Origin: Octopus bimaculoides
Taxonomy: Eukaryota
Assembly (NCBI RefSeq): GCF_001194135.2
Contig: NC_069002.1
Coordinates: 16,363,351-16,427,120, forward strand
DNA: 63,770 nucleotides
Reading direction: 5' to 3'
Shown here: positions 38,601 through 51,300 of the stretch, in pieces
How positions within the stretch are numbered: position 1 is the stretch's first letter
Layout: the number at the start of each line of letters is the position of its first letter
Program-made: the position numbers and the translations under genes
The notes under the pieces: model-generated
Databases searched by the model: none
The model's input: the letters and a program-made list of their open reading frames with translations, nothing else
Told to the model about the DNA's origin: nothing

Positions 38601-41600
38601 ATGCTTAATTCTTGGCATGGATAAATAAAAAATTTTGCTTACACAAGGTAAAAAAAATACCAATTTACTTACAGCTGTGAGATTTACAAGAAAGCACGGC
38701 CATCCTCTATAGCTTGTGAGCAAACACTGAGTCAGAATCACATTTAGAAATGTCCAGTGAATTGGTATCTGTGACTCAACTTAATTATAATCTATAGTTC
38801 TTTTGTAATTTATGCTGAAAAATTATCCAATTTATTGGACAAAGTGACTGAAGGAATTAAGGTACCTAAGGGCCAGCTAGTGGTGTTCAGCTGGGTGATA
38901 GAGTAACCCTTTATCATTTAAACTGGCCATATCTGGCCCAAAATTTTCTACTTGTTTTATGTTCAAACTAACCAGGTCTGGCCTCTCACACTTATCTAAA
39001 TGGCATTCAATCACAATCATTGTGATTGTCATTCAATAAACAATCACATCATTGAAATCTCAAAGCTATAAAGACAATGCATGCTTAATTGAAAACAATG
39101 TGAATGAATATAAATTACATTTGGTAGAGAAATATGAACACTAAAGGGTTAAGTATAGAATTCAAGTATTGGGCTTCCACATAGTTTCCATTTTCTCAAT
39201 TTCTCTCACAAAGCTTGGGTTGACCTTAGACTATGGCCAAGCACATGCTTAAGGTATTGCACAATTGAATAAAACACAGAGCTATGTGATTCCAAAGTGA
39301 ACTTCTTTTTAGTATTGAGATTGAGACCTTTCTACAGTCAACAAAAGTGGAGGCGCAATGGCCCAGTGGTTAGGGCAGCGGACATGTGGTCATAGGATCG
39401 CGGTTTCGATTCCCAGACCAGGCGTTGTGAGTGTTTGTTGAGCAAAAACACCTAAAGCTCCACGAGGCTCCAGCAGGGGATGGTGGCGAACCCTGCTGTA
39501 CTCTTCCACCACAACTTTCTCTCACTCTTACTTCCTGTTTCTGTTGTGCCTGTAATTCAAAGGGTCAGCCTTGTCACACTGTGTCACGCTGAATATCCCC
39601 CGAGAACTACGTTGAGGGTACACGTGTCTGTGGAGTGCTCAGCCACATTAATTTCACGAGCAGGCTGTTCTGTTGATCGGATCAACTGGAACCCTCGATG
39701 TCGTAAGCGACGGAGCGCCAACAACAGTCAACAATCTGCTCCAAAGTGGCACCCTACTTAATCCTCGAATGTTTACAGATCTCTTTTTCTGCCAACTTTT
39801 CTTATTTCTTTACTGCCCACAAGGGGCTGCACACAGAGGGGACAAACAAGGACAGACAAACAGATTAAGTCAATTATATCGACCCCCAGTGTGTAACTGG
39901 TACTTATTTGGTTGGCCCAAGGCAACAATAGAAGACACTTCCTCTGAACCCCAGAGCCATGTAGTTGGGAAACAAGTTTCTTACCACATAGCCACACCTG
40001 TGCCTATCTCTAGTTTGCTATAAACAGATTTATGTTACAGTCGCAAAAAAATCAAACATTTAAAAGAGAATCCCGCTTTGTAATACTAATTAATATGGTT
40101 GGCATTGCCGTTATATCATTATTGCTGTTTGTTATTTTTTAGCCCCAGAGCGTTGAAGAGCTAAACTTGATATTATTCCAAAACTAACTAACATCTAGGT
40201 TAGCAACTTGTTGATTTGATAATTTCTGTGTGTGTGCCATTAACACACTTACAAAGCTGAAACTGGAATGGTCTAAGTTAATCAAAGCTTAGCTTCTAGT
40301 TGACTTCGAACAGTGAACATATCTTTGGAAGTGAAGTCTTCACAACTATTGAGTATTATGAGAACATAGACTTCTGGTTTCTTTGAGGAAATATTCACTT
40401 CCAAAAGTGAAGTACAATTAGTAAAAACCAGCTAGTTTGTATTTTTAAAGTTGAGAATAGCAGCACCTTACATATCACAACAACAAAAATTTAGGTTCAT
40501 GGATTCCTTTTTTTTTTTTTTATTTAAAATTTAAAATTGATAAAATTAAGACGTTCTCTGGAAGTGGATAATTAAACTTCTGTGATTGAAATTTAATTAA
40601 AATAAAAAATGAAATTTCGTTTTTGTATTTGGTTTGCAAGATTCTTGGTATGGACTTTCATGTCAGCACAACTTTTATTTTTGATATTTGTTCATAATTT
40701 TTTCTGCATGGAAAATTTCGTATACACACTTGTGTTTCCATTCTCTCTCACACTCATGTTCCAACTCTCTTTCATACTCAAGTAAGTCTCTCCCATATCT
40801 TGTTCTTTGCTGTAATGCAAAATAGAATGTAATGGTCATCACAGTTGAAATGTTGTCGAGATGAAGCAACTGCCCATTGGCTACCAAACCAACAAAATGG
40901 AATTCTAAATATTAATTAGCATTCACAGAATTTATTGATTCAAATAAAGAAATAGCTAAAGTATGTAGCCTAGTGGTTAGGATTGTTGGTTCAATTCCCA
41001 GGCTCAGTATTTTTGAGCAAAATAATTCATTTTATGTTGCTTCATTTCTCTTAACTGAAAAGGAGTCACAGCAAAAGTTGGGGTTTGATCCTGAGGCCGA
41101 TTAGCATTCCATTCTGAAGAGGGGCTAGTTTCAACCACTTGGTTACTTTAGAAACGGGAAATAGACCTGGGCCTAATGAACCTGTGAACTGAAGAAACAC
41201 TTACACTGACTTAAATGTTTGTGTATGTGTGTGTGTTCCTTAAGTGGCTGACTCAAACATGTTGGATAAAGTTGGCATGACTCTTGAAGCCACAAAATAA
41301 TCAAACAAGCAATTACTTGTGACACTTCCAAGTAAGAATTGAAACACTTCAAGACATAGAACTACTCTAAGATTAATACAATCTTGGAAATGGAGATACT
41401 GAATGTTAGTCAATTACATATAATGTACCAAGGGGCCAACTATGTCTGGGGTTAAATTCCCACTCAATTTGGTTTCGTGACATTTTCTCTGTTCTTAGAA
41501 TGTTTTTTTGTTTTTATTTTTTTAACCCTTTAGCATTCAAACCGGCCATATCCGGCCAAAATATTCTACCTGTTTTATCTTCAAAACAGCCAGATCTGGT

Positions 41601-43289
41601 CTCTCACACCTATCCTACAACGTCATTTTAAAAATAAACAGTCACATCATCAAAATCTCGAAACTATGTGATAGTGCATGATGAATTCAAAATAATGTAA
41701 ATCAATAAACATTACATTTGTTAGATTAATCTGAATGCTAAAGGGTTAAATATATTTTTCATTCAGTTGTACAAAAACAGTACTGCTGCATGACCTTGAG
41801 TGTAACAGATAAAAATGGCTAAAAATTAATCCTTAACAAAATTTACTTCTATAAATGTCATTATTTTTCAGAAACCACATTTCCAACTCTTCCTCGAACC
41901 CAGCGTGGCATGCCTATAGTTTTAGGTGCTGACCCCAAAGGAAAATATTTTCTCTACACCAATGGACACAATGTTGTCATCCGAGACATCGAAGTAAGTC
42001 TGTTTTAAATACAATATTTCATATTATGTTTCATCTAAATGTCCCATTTCCTTCTCATCTATATTCATTGTTGTTGGCACTCCGTCACTTACGACGTCGA
42101 GGGTTCCAGTTGATCCGATCAACGGAACAGCCTGCTCATGAAATTAACGTGCAAGTGGCTGAGCACTCCACCGACACGTGTACCCTTAACTTAGTTCTCG
42201 GGGATATTCAGCGTGACACAGTGTGACAAGGATGACCCTTTGAATTACAGGCACAACAGAAACAGGAAGTAAGAGTGAGAGAAAAGTGTGGTGGAAGAGT
42301 ACAGCAGGGTTCGCCACCATCCCCTGCCGGAGCCTCGTGGAGCTTTAGGTGTTTTCGTTCAATAAACACTCACAACGCCCGGTCTGGGAATTGAAACCGC
42401 GATCCTATGACAGCGAGTCCACTGCCCTAACCTCTGGGCCATTGCGCCTCCACCATCTATACTCACAGTATAGAATACCAACAACTATGAAGTTCACTTT
42501 TAAAACCCATTTCATTTATGACATCATTGTTTTAGAGCTCCAGTGACTTTGATGTCACTGCCATTACTAAACCCTGATACCAGTAATTGTATCCTTCGTT
42601 GTAGGACTCCATCACAGCCTAAAACCTGGTTTACTGTGTCCCACCCCCCAATACTATTAGACCTCTAGTTGTGATATCCCTAGTTGTAGGGTCCTGAATG
42701 ACAACTATACCCTCTAATTGCAGAGCCCTTACAACAACGTTCCTGGTTACAGGCCCCAACTAGAGTGGACATTCCTAGCTATAGCCCCTAACTCCTACCC
42801 ATTCCATGCTGTCTAATGTCTGTGTTATGTCATCATTCTAACTGCTAATGATTTGTCTGTTGTCGTAGAACCCCAACAAATGTGATATGTACACAGAACA
42901 TTCCGGTAATGTGATTGTTGCCAAATATTCTCCGAGTGGTTTCTACATTGCCTCTGGAGGTAAGATACCTTTCTCTTTTTCTTATCATTTTACGCTATTA
43001 ATGAGTCACCAAGGAACTGAATTCTTATCAGTCATGTTTCTATTGAGAACAACTGTCATTCTGAAGTGTTTAAATAAATTATAGGATTCAATTACATACA
43101 TATATATATATGTATATAGGTGCAGCAGTGGGTGTGTGGTAAGAAGCTTGCTTCCCAACCACATGGTTCGGAGTTCAGTTCCACTGCATAGCACTTTGGG
43201 TAAGTGTCTTCTACTACAGCCTTGGGCCAACCAAAGCCTCGTGAGGGGATTTGGTAAATGGAAACTGAAAGAAGCCCATCGTGTATGTA

Positions 43290-43386
<97 letters not shown>

Positions 43387-44265
43387 GTGTCTGTATGTAT
43401 TTGTGTGTTTGTGCTTGTTCCCCCACCATTGCTTGACAGCCGATGTTGGTGTGTTTACATCCCCATAACCTAGCAGTTCAGCAAAAGAGATCAATAGAAT
43501 AAGTACTCGGCTTACAAAGATTGAGTCCTGGGGTCGATTTGTTTGACTAAAGGCGGTGCTCCAGCATGGCTGCAGTCAAATGACTGAAACAAGTAAAAGA
43601 AAAGAATAAAAGAACATATATTTATATATGTATATATATCACACATCACCACATTGTTTAATGTCTGTTATCCTTGCTGGTATGGGTTGGACAGTTTGAC
43701 AGGAGCTGGCCAGCCACGGAGCTGTCCAAACAACAAATTGTCTGTTGTGGCATAATTTCTATGGCTCGATGCCCTTCCTATATAAATTTTGGCACAAGGT
43801 TTGAAGTTTTGGGGGAAGGGGCAAATTGATTACATTGATCCCCAGCGTATAACTGATACTTATTTTATTGACCCCGAAAGGATGAAAAACTAAGTCAGCC
43901 TTGGCAGCATTTGAACTCAGAACTTAAAGACCGATGAAATGCTTGGCGTGCTAATGATTCTGCCAGCTTGCTATCCTACTACCATTATCATTTAATGCCC
44001 ATGTTACCTGCTGGCATGGGTTGGACATATACATACATGTACACATGTATATTATATCTCAAATAATGAAAAAGAGGGGAAGTGAGTTGCCAATTATACA
44101 AACTTCTCCCAGTACTTGACTAGTATTCTGTTTAGTTGTTGACCCCAAAAGGATGGAAAACAAAGTTGACTCTAGTGGAATTTGAACTCAAATTAGAGTC
44201 AGAAGAAATACTATGAATCATTTTATCTGATGCTCAACAACTCTGCCAGTCCACCACCTGTATAC

Positions 44266-44302
<37 letters not shown>

Positions 44303-44823
44303 CCTTTCTGCTCTAGGCACAAGGCTTGAAATTTGTGGGGAGGGGGTAAGTTAATTACGTAATAATAATAATAATAATGATGATGAAGATGATTTAGGTA
44401 CAAGGCCAGTAGTTTTGAAGGGGAGAATGTAGTCAATACCTTTTGAATACAGTTGTTATTTATTTTATTGACCCCGAAACAATGAAAGACAAAGTTAACT
44501 TCTGCTGGATTTGAACTCAAGAATGTTAAAAAGTGGGAAGAAATACTGCAAGGCATTTTGTCTGTCTCATCATCATCATCATCATCGTTTAACGTCTGCT
44601 TTCCATGCTAGCATGGGTTGGACGATTTGACTGAGGACTGGTGAACCAGATGGCTGCACCAGGCTCCAATCTGATCTGGCAGAGTTTCTACAGCTGGATG
44701 CCCTTCCTAACGCCAACAACTCTGAGAGTGTAGTGGGTGCTTTTACGTGCCACCGGCACAAAGGCCAGTCAGGCGGATACTGGCAACGGCCACGCTTCCT
44801 AATGATTTTGCTAGTTTGCTGTC

Positions 44824-44858
<35 letters not shown>

Positions 44859-45662
44859 TATGGTTTCAAATTTTACCGTAAGGCCAGCAAGTTTGGAGGT
44901 GGGGATAAGTCGATTACATCGACCCAGTATTCAACTGGTATTTATTTTATCGACCCTAAAAGGATGAAAGCAAAGTTGACCTTGGCTGAATTTGAACTCG
45001 GAACATAAAGATGAATGAAATGCTGCTAAGAGTTTTGCCCAGTGTGCTAACAATTGTACCAGCTCAGACCTTAACCTGTTGAGCATGTCTCTCAGTGGCT
45101 AAAGATAAGTGTATCTCTGATTACCAGCTCTGAGTAGCGGGGGAGCATCATTGACATGTGTTGAGAGGGATTCTTTGGGGTTTAAATAATTCACCCCTGG
45201 AAACATTGGTGTTTCTTTCATCATCCTTGGACAGCTCTCATTCAGGGACCTTTTGATTAGGATGAGCTACTCAACCTGCAGAAAATTCTAACTGGACCAC
45301 ATCTGCAAAGTCATGTGCTGTGATACATGTTCCTTGTGTATCTTTATCAGATGGGTAATCATGATGGATATTTGGGCTTTGTATATTTGCACCTCAGCAT
45401 CATATTGATGGTGTGTGCTGCTCTCTCAATCAAGAATAATAGCAATAATAATAATAATCATACATGTATTTGTTCCAGATGACAGGGGCAAAATTCGAAT
45501 TTGGGATACAATCAACCCAGAACATGTTCTCTCCAAAGAATATCAACCAATCGCTGGAATAATCAAAGACATTTCCTGGTCTCCAGATAGTAAGAGAATG
45601 CTTGTTGCTGGTGAAGGCAAGGGAACGTACGTGATCAAATCTATAACATCTCTCTTTTGCTT

Positions 45663-45709
<47 letters not shown>

Positions 45710-47040
45710 CTCTTTCTTTCTCACCCCTTGTTTTTTTTTATTTTGTTATTTAGCCATAGGCCAGCAAACTATATCAAGCACATTTGCAATCTATCGTATT
45801 CCAGCTTTAATCACTTTATCTTTTCAGGTGTATTATTAAAGAGAGGAGAGTGTCATTCATATGAAATTGGCTGCTATTACTAGCCGGTTACGCCTCCATG
45901 TACTGGCTTCTTTTTGTTGGTGTGTAGCCCCAATCAACTCACACTAACATATACAAAAAGTGATATAACTGCAAGAGCTTCTTTTGTCTTTTGGATGATG
46001 AATATTTTAAATGATAACAATGTAAACATCTAAAATTTGTAAAATTATTTAAACCATACTATCATATAAGTATAAAAAAATTAAAAAGCCACAGCAATGT
46101 TAATTACTCCAAACTGGAATTTTGTTGATGTTAAATTATAATTTGATATTTTTACCAGGTTCGCTCGTGCTTTTCTGGTGGATACAGGTTCCTCTGTTGG
46201 AGAAATTAGTGGCCACAGCAAACCAATCAATTCCTGTGACTACAGACAAATTAACCCCTTCAGGGTGGTGACGGCCAGTGAGGACTACTCTATTATCATG
46301 TGTGAAGGCCCACCATTTAAGTTCTCCAAAAAGATTGATGTGAGTATTTAGTTTTTGTTTAATGGATTATTGTTGTAGTGTAGTCTCTGGTTGGCTCTGA
46401 TCAAGGCGAATTATGTAGTAACCCACAGGTTACCCAGTCAGAGCGTACCTGCAGGTGCCATGAGTACTTCCCACCTCTCATATATCTGTATGTGTGTGCA
46501 TATATATATATATGTGTGTGTGTGTGTGGAGGTGCAATGGCCCAGTGGTTAGGGCAGCAGACTTGCGGTCATAGGATCGCGGTTTCGATTCCCAGACTGG
46601 GCGTTGTGAGTGTTTATTGAGCGAAAACACCTAAAGCTCCACGAGGCTCCGGCAGGGGATGGTGGCAAACCCCGCTGTACTCTTCCACCNNNNNNNNNNN
46701 NNNNNNNNNNNNNNNNNNNNNNNNNNNNNNNNNNNNNNNNNNNNNNNNNNNNNNNNNNNNNNNNNNNNNNNNNNNNNNNNNNNNNNNNNNNNNNNNNNNN
46801 NNNNNNNNNNNNNNNNNNNNNNNNNNNNNNNNNNNNNNNNNNNNNNNNNNNNNNNNNNNNNNNNNNNNNNNNNNNNNNNNNNNNNNNNNNNNNNNNNNNN
46901 NNNNNNNNNNNNNNNNNNNNNNNNNNNNNNNNNNNNNNNNNNNNNNNNNNNNNNNNNNNNNNNNNNNNNNNNNNNNNNNNNNNNNNNNNNNNNNNNNNNN
47001 NNNNNNNNNNNNNNNNNNNNNNNNNNNNNNNNNNNNNNNN

Positions 47041-47082
<42 letters not shown>

Positions 47083-47582
47083 CAAATTTGTACAAAAAAC
47101 AAAATATAGATGAGTTAACAAACAATGTGTTTTAGTTTGACATTCAGGAAAAATGTAAGAAGCCTGAATGTATATAATGTATGTATGTGTCAAATTCAAT
47201 AAGATCAGAGATTTATTATACTTAAGGGTCATTTCTCTTAAGTCGATTGTATCTCTTCCTTATATCAATAAATCCCTGCCTAGTGTAGAGATCAGTAATT
47301 CCTCTGGATTTTGGTCTGTGTTTTAAATTCCATGTTTTTCATTTGCAGACACACACAAATTTTGTTAACTGCATTCGTTACTCTCCAAATGGTGAAAAAT
47401 TTATCTCTGGTGGTGCTGATGGAAAAGTAAGTACTAAGGATAAATGTTTGGGTTTGTTTTCATTTTGTGTGATGTCCTTAAAGTAATAGTGCAGGGATTA
47501 CTCTGCAATTAAGAACACACACATACACGTGTGTGTGTGTGTGTGTGTGTATAAGGACTCTAATTTGCTGCCAATGTATAAA

Positions 47583-47628
<46 letters not shown>

Positions 47629-47719
47629 CACACGTATATATATATATATATATACATACACACGTATATATATATATACATACACACGTATATATATATA
47701 TATATATATACATACACAC

Positions 47720-47786
<67 letters not shown>

Positions 47787-48285
47787 TTTATACATTGGCA
47801 GCAAATTAGGGTCCTTTATGTCTGACTGATCCCTTCAAAGTTCATTTACAATTATTCTGCAATAAAGCTTTCATCTTATTTCTATTTTATAAAAATTATA
47901 ACTGTAATGAAATTAAAAGAAAAAAGGTCTATTGTGAATTCTGAACCATTTTCTCACTGGACTGTAATTAATTTGTCTTTAGTTAGATATGAAAATAACA
48001 TCCACTGAAAACTGATTTTGTACTAAAATTGTTATCTCTCTTTTTATAACTGCCATTTCGTTTTAATCATTGTCGATATGCCAATAGTGAAATAGTTACC
48101 TAGATTATAGTTTAGTATGAAAATATTTACTCATATTTAACTGTTTTTATATTAACATTCATTTGGTGACTTGTAAAAATATGGAAGTTCTTGCGGAAAT
48201 ACAAAAGCAAAAATGAAAATAAAAAAAAATATTGTGAAAATCCAGTGATGTTGAAGTTTGATTCGCACACATACACACAAACCCA

Positions 48286-48319
<34 letters not shown>

Positions 48320-51300
48320 AAGACAGCATGTAAGCTGAAACTTCAAAGCCACTTTCAACTTTTCTATTACTATGGTAATGTGAGGATGTCCCATCTTCCT
48401 TGAAATAAAACTCTACATCTTCAAAGTTTACTTGAATAATAGGTGTGTCACCTGTGTGAAAAGACTGCTGTTGGCTTGTGCAGGCTCTCTTTACCATATA
48501 TACACACACAAGAGTTAATATATAGATGATTTTAGTGTTAGGAAGAGCATCCTGCCATAGAAACCATGCCAGAACATACAGTGGAATCTGACACAGCCAA
48601 TGGCTTTGCCAGCTTCTGTCAGACCATCCAACCCATGTCCGCATGGAAAACATGTTAAATGATGAAGATGCTTTATCCAAGTGTTGTTTATTCAACTCTA
48701 TTTTTGCTGTTAATTATTGAAAAATTAATCCTTGTTGTTTTATTACATTTTTTTTTCCTAGGCCTTTGTTTATGATGGAAAAAATGGTGAAACAATTGGT
48801 GAACTTGGTTCTCCTGCTCACAAAGGTGGTATTTATGGGGTAAGAAGATAATCATTTTTCCCTGTTTGTTTTTTTTCTTTGTAAATCTTCTGCAAGTTGT
48901 ACAGTTTTATAAAGTTCTTATATTTTATTTACGTCATTTCCTGAACAAAATTTTATTATCTTTTATTTTTACCATATTATAAAGCGGAACCATGGTTTAT
49001 GTGCGGGCGACACATGAAATCTTTCAAGCGGGATCGTTGCCGGTGCCCCTGGACTGGCTCATGTGCGGGCAACACATGAAATCTTTCGAGTGGGATCATT
49101 GCCGGTGCCCCTGGATTGGCTCATGTGCGGGCGACACATGAAATCTTCCGAGTAGGATCGTTGCCGGTGCCCCTGGGCTGGCTCTTGTGCGGGTGACACA
49201 TGAAATTTCTTCGAGTGAGATCGTTGCCGGTGCCCCTGAACTGGCTCTTGTGCGGGTGACACATGAGGTTTCTCGAGCGAGATGAGCGTGGCCGTTGCCA
49301 GTACCGCCTGACTGGCCTTCGTGCAGGTGACACATAAAAGCACCCACTACACTCTCTGAGTGGTTGGCGTTAGGAAGGGCATCCAGCTGTAGAAACTCTG
49401 CCAAATCAGATTGGAGCCTGGTGTAACCATCTGGTTTCACCAGTCCTCAGTCAAATCGTCCAACCCATGCTAGCATGGAAAGCGGACGTTAAACGACGAT
49501 GACGACGACATTCTTTCAAGTCCAACAGAATGCCACTCATTTACAGAGGAAGTAACCTCACCATCACCCACATCATGATAGGATGTGTGATGGAGCAAAA
49601 GGGTTGTTAACTAAAGCTTCTCATCTGCAGCATCTGCATCACATCTAAGGACAGAGATTCAGTCCATCAGGTCTCTTCTTTTCATTTCTGGATCATCTCA
49701 TTGGCTCTAGAATTAAGGAGATATTTACCCTGGTTAGGACTTAATAAATAATATCACCAATTGGGATATCAAAGGAATAACTATTTTGACAGCTGCATCC
49801 CCTTCTTACTGCAAACTGTTTAACTCTTTAGCATTCAAACCAGCCATATCTGGTTCTTATTTTTATGTTCAAACTGGCCAGATCTGGCCTCTCACACATA
49901 CCCTACAATGTCATTCTAGAAATAGGCAATCACATCATCATAATCTTGAAGCTTCAAGATAATGTATGATTAATTCAGAATGATGTGAATGAATAAGCTT
50001 GGCATTTGACAGAATAATCTGAATGCTAAAGGATTAACCATGAACTGGAACCCATTTCTGTCGGTTGGTTGGTTGGTTGTGTTGTGCTGGGGAACAAAGA
50101 CACATATTTTATTCAGGAGTGCAACATAATGGCTGTTGTACTTGAGGTTTGATTTGAACTCTTGATTTTGTAGTCCATTGTCCAACACCTTAAAATAACA
50201 GCTACTATGCTTCTCTCCCTCTCTTTTCAGAAGGTTATCAAACTAATGCAAACACGAAACTACATCTTATGTAGAACTAGGATGTCCTAGTACATCTTAT
50301 CTAGATCTAGGATGTCATTGTTAGATACTACAGATTATTAAGTTTCTGTTATTAACACCAGGTCTACTCTCCGATTTAGCAGATCTATAATCAAAGACTG
50401 GGTGGATTTGAGGGAGATCTGATTGCTATTTCTAAAACTCCTGGTAACCATATACACTCCTTTCTTGATCATTGATAATTTGTGATTTTTTTAGCTCCAG
50501 GTCAGACATCCCAACTGACAACTGTCTAATTTTTTTTTTTTCAGATAGTGTATCTATGACTACACAATCTAATGTAGAGTCTGTCTCTCTCTTTTTTTTT
50601 TTAAGTAATGTGTAATTTGAAGGAGATTTAGCTGTTATTTCAAGCAGATTAAGCAACCACATAGAGGCTGTAAATGCACCCCTGTTTGCTGTGACCTTGT
50701 ACAAAAAAAATGTTTGACTACTGTGAAATATTTTTCCATTTTTATGTGAAGGATTGTGGTTTGTTTTCAAGTTACACTGAGGCATCTTCTGCAGACAAGG
50801 ACATCAGCTATCAGTGGGACGTTTATTTTTAACTGAGACATCTGTTGTAGGTAGCATTTCTGCTGTAGGCTAAGACATCTACAACAGCTGAGATGTTTAC
50901 TACTGACTTGGGTAGATATTCCAGTCTGTGGCAGCTATCAAAATGCACAACACAAAACTTAAATCATAATATTTGTATTTATATCTGAGACAAGTGTCTC
51001 TGTCAACAAATATAACTATTTCTGTGTGAAATTGTTTTCTTTTTAATCTGATCAAATCTTGACATTGGAACTTGCATTTCCGATGCTGCTTTCATGTTTC
51101 TTTGATCACCTTAGATCAATTAGACATATTCTTCTATGTTGCCAACATGAATATTTCTATCCAATATCACTATCTGTTTTGGTATAATTTGTTATGGCTG
51201 AATGCCCTTCCTGATACCAAACACCCCATAGAGTGGGCTGAATGCTTTTTATGTGGCACCACCACAATCAAGGTCAGTTTTGGCATAGTTTTTACAGCTG

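Noticed and set aside
39349-39430. tRNA gene
   Set aside because: The A and B boxes belong to SINE heads with tails and TSDs; no complete cloverleaf. No bona fide tRNA, rRNA or snoRNA was recognised in the window.
49001-49290. CRISPR-like array
   Set aside because: Units are contiguous tandem repeats without unique spacers, in a eukaryotic intron with no cas genes
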